From Guillardia theta CCMP2712 (Eukaryota; Protista; Cryptophyta), in the NCBI RefSeq assembly GCF_000315625.1, contig NW_005434635.1, positions 62,001 to 126,000 of the forward strand: 64,000 bases of DNA, written 5' to 3'. The position numbers and the translations under genes are program-made. The notes beneath the pieces were generated by a model, which was given only the letters and a program-made list of their open reading frames with translations, made no database searches and was not told the origin of the DNA. Positions 11,876 through 22,200 of the stretch are shown here, piece by piece (position 1 is the first letter of the stretch; each line of letters starts with the position of its first letter).

Positions 11876-11988
11876 GTAGCCAGTGGATATGAATTGAGAC
11901 CTCATCAGTCATCAGCAACCCCTTCCTGCACCGACCGACGGGATTGTCTGCTAGCTGCTTCCAGATTCAGCCTTCTATCAGCATCTGC

Positions 11989-12474
11989 ATGGACGAGCAC
12001 ATCGTCCCTCACTTCGTCTCTCCCCGCAGGACCCCCTCCCAACACCTCCAGCACCGTAAGCCCAAGGTCGTCCTCACCGTCCACTCCCTCCGTGCCCTTT
12101 TCCACCTCCGACAGCCCGACGCTGCTCGCGCCCTGGTAAGCCGCCCTCGCCCTTCTCTCTCCCTCTCACGAGCGCTCTCTGACCATGGCGGCGCGGTCTT
12201 GCAGGGCATCTCTCTGACGGCGCTCAAGAACGCGTGCAAGAGGCTGCGCGTAGGCAAGTGGCCGTACAAGAGGCTGCAGCCTGGAGACCAGCAGGCAGAC
12301 AAGGAGGGATGTCGTGGCGCTGCCTCGCCGGAGAGCTCCAGCCTCGACGAGATGCCAGCGAAGCTAGAGGATAGCGTCGGAGAGGAGCCGAGGGGATCAG
12401 GGTGGCTGGGACGGCGGATGGGGTTGGACGCGGAATCGCTACTGGAGGAGGCGATGATGCACGTGAGCAGATAG
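11989..12474 (+). CDS. Small RWP-RK domain transcription factor, copy B (~138 aa, one 69-nt intron 12136-12204)
   Basis: Same RWP-RK domain sequence as copy A; differs at 3 residues, all C-terminal to the domain. Confidence 0.9.
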   Translation: MDEHIVPHFVSPRRTPSQHLQHRKPKVVLTVHSLRALFHLRQPDAARALVSRPRPSLSLSRALSDHGGAVLQGISLTALKNACKRLRVGKWPYKRLQPGDQQADKEGCRGAASPESSSLDEMPAKLEDSVGEEPRGSGWLGRRMGLDAESLLEEAMMHVSR

Positions 12475-12570
12475 GAGGCGATGAGAAGGATGGGCGTGGG
12501 GAGGAGATGTGACATAGAGATGGTTGCGCTGGAGGAACTTGGGAGTGCTAGAACGGACCGAGGGGAGGTG
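11989..12570. repeat. Right arm of ~580-bp inverted repeat (partner 8810-9389)
   Basis: Direct sequence comparison with the reverse complement of 8810-9389. Confidence 0.95.
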
Positions 12571-12879
12571 TTGTGTCCGCATGTCACGGACCGCACGTTT
12601 GTTGAGGGACGCGTTATCAGCACTCGGCCTCCTTTCTTAGATCCCCTTGCATGCGCAGCAAGTGTGGTGTTTGTATGCAATTTACTTCAAGTAACCTTAA
12701 AGACTTCTATCTTCCCGCTCTCTTTCTCCTCTCGTCCTTTTTTCACTCTTAGCGTCGCCAATCTCTTGGTGGTATATACAATTGAAGGTGAGAAGGTGAA
12801 AGAGGACGGGGAAGGAAAGGAAGAGGGCGGAGGAATCCGACTGTGGCCTCGTGATGTCGTCAACTAGATCTGTCCTTGA

Positions 12880-13875
12880 TTGACCTGCATCGTTTTCAGT
12901 CGAGAGCCTCCTGCCATTGAGGCAGCGTTGCCGCAAATCTTTGAGAGCCCTAGCCCTTCACTGTCCATGCTGAGGAGGAGGTCAGCTCAGGTCCTGCCTC
13001 CACGTCCTTGTACTTCTCTGTCGGGCAGTCTCCATCCCCGCACGCTGAAGACCTTGGAGGATATGGAGAACTGAGACATGCATGACATGGGCGGCTTGCT
13101 GCTGGACCCTCCCGATCGATGTGGAACGAGCTCTATCGAGACTGAGCTGGAGAGAGGGCTGAGAGAGGACAACAGCAACTCGAGTCTTTATACGATGCTG
13201 AAGGGAGACCCATCAAGATAAAGTCAATTGGCCAGGCGCGCAGCAACTTCGCATGTTTTTCAGACCAAAGCTGAAGTTTTGGAGGCTAAAGTCCGGCAAG
13301 TCATGAAGTCTGGTAGGATTGAGTTGCAGCTTTGATATGAGAGTGAATGGACGCATTTTTTTTGCAGCGTGAAACAAGAACAAGAAGAACAAACGAGCAA
13401 CAGACAAATAGAGCACAGATTGAATTCGTTGCAAAAGGAATCTTTCCGGACTAAAAAACGTTTCAACCAAGATATCTTGATAACCAAGAATGAATCTCGA
13501 AACACTCTTAGACAGAAGGTGGGATCATTGCTGGTGCATTTGCCTTCAGAGTGATGGTGGTCGTGACAGGTGAAGCAAGTGAAGCAAGCTCTCCAGGAGC
13601 CAAGGTTTGACAAAGGAAAGTGCGTCACCCAAATTACGTTGAACCCTAGCAGCGATCTCATTGCTCTGCCCACAGCATTCTCAGAAGCCGACGCGCAGTC
13701 TTGGCTACAACCTGTTCTCACCGCAAAGTCTTACCTTAGCATCATCAAGTTGCTCGGCTTCAAGCATCACATTGGTAAGGGCGCTGCACTGTTTGCCTTC
13801 ACCGTGGGGGCTCGGTCGAACGCTACGGAAGGAGGTCAAGTCAGAATCGCACCTGCCATTCCTGCAGTTTTGTGA
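12880..13875 (+). CDS. Hypothetical spliced protein with coiled-coil segment
   Basis: Exon-like ORFs 13369-13520 (KQEQEEQ...RQK) and 13570-13875 joined by a plausible GT...CAG intron; no domain recognised; start uncertain. Confidence 0.35.
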
Positions 13876-14042
13876 GGGATATCAGTTGCAGTTGAGCTCT
13901 GTGAGGGATATCAGTTGCAGTTGAGCTCTGTGAGGGATATCAGTTGCAGTTGAGCTCTGTGAGGGATATCAGTTGCAGTTGAGCTCTGTGAGGGATATCA
14001 GTTGCAGTTGAGCTCTGTGAGGTATATCAGTTGCAGATGAGC
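13871..14042. repeat. Minisatellite, ~6 copies of TGTGAGGGATATCAGTTGCAGTTGAGCTC (29 bp)
   Basis: Units at 13871, 13900, 13929, 13958, 13987 and a degenerate unit at 14016. Confidence 0.95.
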
Positions 14043-14207
14043 GATGTTGTTTGCGAGTTTAACGTGAAGCAATCTTGTAATGCGGCTTGGCATGTCTGGG
14101 CTCTCTGACGAGCAGCAGACTCTTCGACACTGACATGGAGGAAGCAAGTGGGAGGCGGAGGAATCCATCGGATCAGCTTGCTAGGATCAGATGCCAGTAG
14201 GAGAGGT

Positions 14208-15891
14208 TTAGGAAGCTTTTCTGCCAGAGGTCATTGAAAGATCGAGGTGTCGAAAAATGCTCTTCAGCTGGACCCTGCATGTTGGAGACATGGTGCATGG
14301 TGCAGCACAAGGATGCGACTTGGATCCGATGAAGTCTGCAGTGACAGGCTCCTTTAGCATCCGCCGAAAGGGAAGCGCACTACTGTGACGGAGGGCCCCT
14401 TCTAGGCCTTCCGTGGCTGCCATCATTGTGAGAGCTGGGTGAGAATTGGGAGGAAGAAGAGAAACAAAAGGGGGAACTATTTGCCAGACACCCATGTTTT
14501 ACCCGCCAGATGCTGAGGGTAGGCAGGAAATCAACGACAATGTCCAACTCTCTGTTTCCAAATGCTTCCACGCGTCACAAGTGTGCAGTTTGAAAGTGGG
14601 GTTGGCATCAGCGGTGATCCCATGAACGATTTGTTCGAGATTTTATGCCAGGCAACCATCCATTGTTCGGCCAGTACCAAACTTTTCTTGCAAACTGGAC
14701 GAGTTGAAGAAGCAGTCACAACTGAAAGCTTTGGAAGACCTCCAATAGAAGTCCGGCCATATAATCTCAAAAAGATCAACGTGAGTATATTAGAAATATT
14801 CTTGACAACACTTTACAAAGTTTGGGTTCGAGACGCTCTCTTTGTTTCAGCTTAAACACAAAAGGCTCGAATGAGGACGATCGGCTGATTTTCATTTTTG
14901 TGATTTGGTCATGCTTTCTACGAAGCAATGAGGTGGAAGAGGTACCAGAGGCTGCTCTTGGCATGATCGCATCCGTTCACACCAAGACAGGTACACTACA
15001 ATGATCAGGTAGGTACCGGGGTTGCTGCTTCTCGCCACGAGGACGGCGCTTTGCATTCAGCGCCTTCTTGCCTGATGCTACTTTCTTTCGGTCGAACGTG
15101 TCCAAGGTCCTTCCAAACTTGTCGCAAACCGCCTGCCAAAACTTCATCTCAACCTCGCTTGCTTCATCGCTCAAATACACAACCGATCCCTTCGGTCTAA
15201 AAACAAACTCGGAGAGGTTTCTGTAAAAATGGTAGCCTTCGGTCAGGTTAGGGATCTCAAGGTCTTTTGGTAGCCCGATCCTTTCGCACATCATCTCTTG
15301 GATTTCTAGTTGCTGCAACATCCTATTGATGTTGCTCATAGACGACTTGCTGCTCATCAGTTCTTGATGGTCGGCTTTAGAGAGACTCTGTTCCAGCAAG
15401 GAACAGAGTTTAGAGAGACTCTGTTCCATCTTTTGTTCTTTCCAATCCACGTTATAAATCACTCTCTGGAACAGCAACTCAGGCAAACAACTGTTGGCAC
15501 ATGTACGGCTGATCATTCTTCAGCGCAACAAGAACTGAAACGTACCACACACCTCTGAGATGAGAACGATAGATGGGAATTGAGGTAGTCCTCTATTTTC
15601 TCCATCCCCAGGGTCTTTTGGCCCTCGAGCTCGAACTTCTCATAGTGATTTGCGGCTGCAAACAGGTGAATTTGCAAGAAGATACCGTCTCTCTCGTTGG
15701 GAGCCTTGTACCCCATGACGACTCGGGCCCAGGAACTCCCGGAGCTCTCGTACCAGCGCCATCGGCCTCACAGAGTCAAGGTTTTCGACCAGCCTGTGTG
15801 TCATCTCTGGCAGTGCGGCCTGGCCGATGATCCGAGGCATGCGGCCCGCCATCAGTGCTGCCGCGGCGACTCCGCCATCGTCGGACTCCAC
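14208..15891 (-). CDS. Hypothetical multi-exon protein
   Basis: Chain of minus-strand open segments (15640-15891, 15513-15716, 14977-15516, 14531-14779) with protein-like composition; no family recognised; ends approximate. Confidence 0.4.
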
Positions 15892-16294
15892 TGCCAGCTG
15901 GACAATGGTTGAGTCTTGTAGAGCCCAGTAAGCACTAGCCTGGTAGGCTTGAAGATTGGCATGCCGATCATCGGATCATTGAACATCGCCGCAAGTTAAG
16001 TTCCCTCCGAAAATCGGTCACCTTCACTTGACTGAACTTCGGAACTGGCCGGCCCCGGGCCACTGGTGGATCACTTTGAGATCTTTTGTTATAATTTCAA
16101 AGAGACAGCAACAATTTCAAAATTAATTCCAAATTTCCTCTTGACCCCAACAGTCATGGGCGAGAGGCACGCCTGGTATGGCTCAGGAGGGAATGGCAGG
16201 AAGAGGAGAGGAGAGGAGCGAGAAGCGTCTTCATGCTAGAAGTTCCAAGGTTGCGATTTTCTTACTGACAGAAACTTCCTGAGAGATCGGACAT

Positions 16295-19200
16295 ATGGCT
16301 CCATCTCATTGTCGCGCTATTCTCTGTCTCATAAACATGCTGCTGAGCTGTCAGCTCGTAAGATCAATGGACAGGTGAGCAACACACGCGTATCTAGCAC
16401 CATCTCATCCCATGCAGGTTCACTCCCGACACGAAACTTCTGGTCGTGCAAGATGATGGTGGAGGCCTGGTAGTATCGGAGCTGAACACAACCACAGGTT
16501 TCCAATCTTGTATCCCACACCCGAATTTTCTTGATCTGCTTTCGCAGGGTTGCAAGTGCCAGTGGGATGTGAATTCCCACAATCTCTGACCTCATCTCTC
16601 TTCTCTTCTGATTCATACCGCAAGCGCCTTCTCGTTTCCAAGTCAGCCAACGGGGACGAGGAGTCATTGCTGTATGCGGTTTCACTCACGGACTGTGTGA
16701 CTGTCGAGATGAACATTACGCTCAGTTCTCAGAGGGTGAACCTCTTCTGGAATCCCCTCTACTTCGACTCCCTCGGTGTTCTTGTGGCGCTGATCCCTCC
16801 AACCTCCTCGAAGACCGCTCGAGTTCGCGAGTCGTCAGTGTTGTTCATAGATGTAAATAGCGGGCATGCGAGCGTCAAGGCGACGTTGAATGGTACAGTC
16901 GCCAACGGCGTGTATGCGCAAGACAGCAAGAATGGATTGTTTTTCTTCTTGCTGACATCTCAGGGCGATCGATACATTGTGTGTTTCTCGATACACGACG
17001 AACAGCCTCTCAAGTCATGGCAGAACGACAACTTGTTCGATATTGTCTCAATGCATTTCAACCCTTACACAGGGCACCTGCATGGCATCTTGTCAAATCC
17101 GAACCAGTATTACACTCGTTTCATCGAGTTTGATTGGAACAGGACTGGTGTAATCACGGACTTCGATATTCAACCCTATATCCGACTGGTGGATCTTCAA
17201 ATTTTCTCTTCTAAGAAATCATTTTTTGACAAACAGACGATGATGTTCGGTGATTCGGGGAGTATTGCATACTTTTTCGATGCTGAAAGCTCACAACTCG
17301 TCAAATTCGATCTATCCTCACTGCAGTATCAGATTTTTCCGCAATCTGGCCTGACCAACTTTTTGCAACTTTACAGCAATATTCCTGTGATTCAGAATGT
17401 GCAGCCAATTCATTTGCAAACCATGACGTACAACAATGTCACGCTGTTTGGAAAGAACTTTGGCGTATCCAGACCCGAGCTTGCTGCCTCCACGTGCGGC
17501 GTGCTCACTGTAAATAATAATCTCAACGCTGATTTATCAGTGTCCTGGACCTCCGACACGTCCCTTATGATGCAAGTCCTGCCTCAGAGCGTTCCTGGAA
17601 TTGTCATTGCGGACCTTTTGATCGAGAGCTATCCGTTCACCGTCCAATATTCTTTCTCCCCTCTTTTTCAATCCTTCTTCCCCAAGCTCGGAAGCCGCCT
17701 CTCCCCCGTGAACGTCACCATCACTGGCTCAGGGTTCTGCGGGGACACCCCCTACAGATGCAAATGGAACTTCTCGGAATCTATATTCTTTACAAACTCT
17801 TGGTATGTCAACGACACAAGCATTCAGTGCCTCACTCCCTTGGTTGGGGACCTCAGAGCCTCATGTACCGGTACACATTGCGAGACGGTAGGCGTGCTTT
17901 CTCTGATCTATAACGCATATTCCATCTACTCGGAGACAAACAGCCTTGCTCATCAATTCCGGGTCATACCTGGCCAACCGTTTACTCTTCGTGAATTTTT
18001 CCTGTCCTCTCTGCCAGCTCTCGTGGTAGAAATGCAGATCTCTCCGATAGTAGCGATCCAGGATGAATATGGCAACAACTGCCAAGGAAATTTCGTCATG
18101 AACTGTACCGTGTCTTACCTTGAATGTAATCCTACTTGTCGAAATAGAACACAGCAGTACTTCGGAACTCTCCAGGCACCGAGTGTCTTTCAATTCCTCG
18201 GCATTGTTGTTCCATACGACGTGTTTGACTTAAAGTTTTACCTCGAGGATGTGAACCTTCAGGTGGCTCCTTTGATGATTGGTCTCAACGCAACGTTCGT
18301 GAATGGTCCAGCGACCCTGACGGTCAAACAGCAGCCGATCGATATAGTAAGCTCCTACACTTTCAATCGCGCTGTTGCCGTGGAGGTCCGGGACAAGTGG
18401 AATCGATTGATTTCTGACGTGAATGTCAATGTTTCGTTGCACTTGGCAGGACAATCCTCATCATACTCAACTTTATCTGCCTTGCTGAATCAGACTGTCC
18501 AAGGCGAGTTCATGGGTGAAACGAAAGCGCAAGCTGTCAATGGAGTTGCTGTCTTCTACAACCTGACAGTGCTGCATGCTGGGTTTGGGTATGTGTTGAA
18601 GTTTCAGAGCGGGTCAGTGGAGGCGTCTTCTGCTCCTTTCAATGTTCTTGCAGGGCAGCCAGAGAGGTTGATGTGTCTTCCTCCCTGCATCTCCTTGTAT
18701 CATTACAAGAGCATGGAAGCGCTGCCCGAGCTCAAAATCGTAGTGCTCGACCCGCTGAACAACGTCGCCAACGTCACGCTCGCCACTCACGTTCAGCTCG
18801 TGCAGACATCCTCTGAGTCCATTCAAGGCTCTCTGATCGGGATGAACGAGGAGCAAGCTTCCTTGGGTATCGCCGTCTTCAACGGCTTGGCGGTTGACAA
18901 GGTCGGGTCAACCTACTCTCTGCTCTTCACCGCCCCTCAGCTCATGCCGTATGAGACTTCTTCCTTCTCGATCATTGCAGGGGAACCAACGAGGCTGCAA
19001 GCCTTCAGTCTCCCCTCTCACGCTGTTTCTCTCCGAGTCTTGGACCCTCAGCCCAAAGTCAAATTCCTGGACGCAGGCAACAATTCGGTCCCCTCCTGCG
19101 GGCAAGTCACAGTCTCGGTCACATGCGACTGTGTCAGCGGCAACTCCGTGGAAGGAAATGTCACAGTCGAGCCCTTCGAGCTGGTGGCTCGTTTCACTGA

Positions 19201-22200
19201 CCTCAGGATCCGGGCGGCAGCATCCAACACTCGACTTGTCTTCGAGAGTCCAGGGCTCAACGGCTTCATATCCGACGCCTTTGTTGTCAATTACAGCCTG
19301 CCCCATGCCCTGTCTGTCACCAACCTCAGCCAGAGCTTCGTTGCCGGCAGCCCTCAGGACAAAGACGTTGTTGTCGTCGTGCTCGACGAGGGCGGGAATC
19401 GAGTCTTCGATCCTTGCTCAATCATGGAGCTGCAGATCGTCAACTTCACCTTTTACGAGCTGGCTCTTGGTCAGTCTCAGGTTCAGTGCGCACAGGGAGA
19501 GGGCAGGTTCCCATTGCTGGGCTTCAAGAAGACTGGAAGCTTCTCCCTCCGCTTCCTTTCCGGTCCCTTACAGTCCCAGCTCTTGACCATCCACGTTTCT
19601 TCCAGCGTCCCCACGAGCCTCGCCAATACCTCCTCCTTCCCGCGGGTCGCGCAGAGTGGACTGCAACTCTCGCCGATCCCGACTTTCTGCCTGAAAGACA
19701 GCGAGGGGAACTTGGTGATCCAGGACGCTCCTGCCGTTGACGTGGATGTGGGCGGCTCGAATTCCCAGTTTCCTCTCTTCGAAGGATGCGCGAAGCTGCA
19801 TCCCTTCGCCTTGACCTCCGCCGGTCAGACGCTCTTGACAGTCTCGGCTGGGCAGCTTCCCCCCCTCCAGTTCTTCGTCCTTGTCTCGCCGGGCCCTCCG
19901 GCTCGCCTCCATGTCGCCACGTCACCGGTGGAGGCAGTTTCAGGCCAGCTCGTGTCCCCAGCTCCGCAGGTGGAGATACTGGATGACTACTCCAACAGGA
20001 TTCTTGATCACGTTGGAAACGTCAGCGTGGTCACGGACCCTCTCGTCCTGCTGAAGGGGACGAGGATCCATGAATTCGTCCAAGGGGTCGCAACGTTCCC
20101 TGACCTCAGCGTCATCGACGCCATCGACGGCCTGAGGCTGAATTTTCAACACGCCAGTTTGAACCTCTCGGCCACGAGCGCAGCCTTCAACGTGACTGCC
20201 GACAGCATCTGCTGCCTCTTCGTGAACTCCTCGTCCTCTCCTGTCATTGCGGGAGAGAAGCTGGAGGTGGTCATCAGGCTTGAAGACAGCTTCGGCAACT
20301 TGGTTCCCCTCCCTATCGCCGTCGACGTCTCACTCGAAGGTGCTCTGCTCCAAGGGACTCTGTTCGCCACCGCTGTCGGGGGTTTCGCTGTGTTCTCGGA
20401 TCTTGTGATTACCAAGAAGGGATCGCAGTACCGCCTTGTCTTCAACGCCGTCGGTTTCAAGAACGTCAAGGTCACAGGAGAGCCTTTCAGCGTCCTCCCC
20501 AACGACATGTACACCACAGAGGTCTCCGGCTCGGTGTTGAACGGCAACATTTCCAGCATCGACTTCTCTATCAACGCTGGGCTCTACTTGGACAACCTGA
20601 CGATGAGCCTGGTGGACAGGTTTCACAACAAGCTTGATGGGGAGGAAAGGAACGTGACCTTATCACTCTACAACTCCACGAGGGTGGAGAAGCATCTGAG
20701 CTGCCAAGGCCTCTCCTCCTGCCTCGTCTCCCTCAACATGTCCCAGCCAGCCAACAGCACACTGCTGCGAGCGCGACTTGACCTCGAGATTGTCTGCACG
20801 GACTTCGACAACGAGAGAGAGCGGCTGACAGTCATCATCGGGTACCAACAGGACCAACATGTCGCCCAACGGAGTTTCATCGACCTTGGGCCCTGGCAAG
20901 GCTGCACGGCCAACTGCTCGAAGTATCAGACTGTGCTGCAGAACCTCGACATCATCGACGTGTTCAACGCTGAGAGGACCTCCATCCAGCTCGTCGCCAG
21001 CGAGCATGTCAACTTCGCCCCTTGCAACGATATCTTCCTCATCGCCCGCATCCGAGTCGTCATGATCTACGGCTTCGAGCTCTCCTCCAGCTCGCTTGTC
21101 GGCACGACTGTTGCGATCAAGTCAGAAGGAACCGCGCTCTCGCACTCCAAGATCAACCTCCCCGGCCTCTATGCCATCGCAAGCTCATCGCCGAACCTGC
21201 AGGAGAAGATCACTTGCTGCGTGTCCGTTAGCCTCGGGGTTCCTTACCAGCTCGCCATGCAGACACAGCCTCAGACCTCCGTCTCCACCTTGTCCTTGTC
21301 CGTGCAGCCTGTCGTCTCCATCCTGGACATCGGCGGGAACTTGATCAGCGTGAGCGGCATCAGCGTCCGAGTCGAGCTTGCTGACGCGATCTCGACTGAG
21401 AGCAAGTACCCGAACCTCCACGGAAACAACACCCTCACCTCCGTTGATGGGCTTGTGAGCTTCACTGACCTCAAGATCGACGTGGCTGGTCAGTTCGTCT
21501 TGATTTTCTCCCACATCCAGCACGTCCTCAGCTCAGTGCTGAGCAGCCCCTTCGAGATTCAAGTTGGGGCAGCGAAGCGTCTGCAGCTGAAGGTTCAACC
21601 TTCCCTGGTCAACACTGCCGGGGAGATCTTCCCGTCGCAGCCGAAGCTGCGAGCGGTCGATGAGGGCGGCAACGACGTGGAGTGGAGCGAGGGGGAGGTC
21701 AGCGTTGAGATCTTTCTCAACGGAGGGATCATCGGAACGCTGAGCGGGAACTCGAAGGCGAGCTTTCAGAACGGGACCCACGAGGCTGACTTCACCGACT
21801 TGTCGATCGATAAGAAGGGCGACGGTTACATCCTCATCTTCTCCTCCCCTCCCCTCCTCCCGACCGAGTGCCTCCCGTTTAGCGTCCGCACCGGCAGGCC
21901 GCACTCAATGAGGCTCCTGAGAGACACGGGGGACGTGGTAGTCAACCAGGTCTTCCAGGTCATCCTGGAGCTCCTCGACCTCGGCCTCAACCGCGCGGTT
22001 GACGACGTCAACGTATCGGTCACCCTCGTCCGCCAGTCCGGGTTCAACTGCTCGGGGTGCCTGCAAGGAAGGGCGACCGCCCAGTCCGTGCAAGGGATCG
22101 TCACGTTCCCTGACCTCTACATCAACCAGCAAGTCGTCTCCACCCGCCTCGCCCTCAAGGCAGACAACCTCTCTGCCGTCTACACTCACTCCTTCTCGGT

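Noticed and set aside
8810-12570. Inverted repeats as TIRs of a DNA transposon carrying a homeobox gene
   Set aside because: The arms are complete intron-containing genes, no transposase lies inside and no target-site duplication is evident at the outer ends
11729-14042. 16-bp and 29-bp arrays (and the 22-bp array at 55468) as CRISPR arrays
   Set aside because: Head-to-tail units with no unique spacers, no cas genes, eukaryotic context
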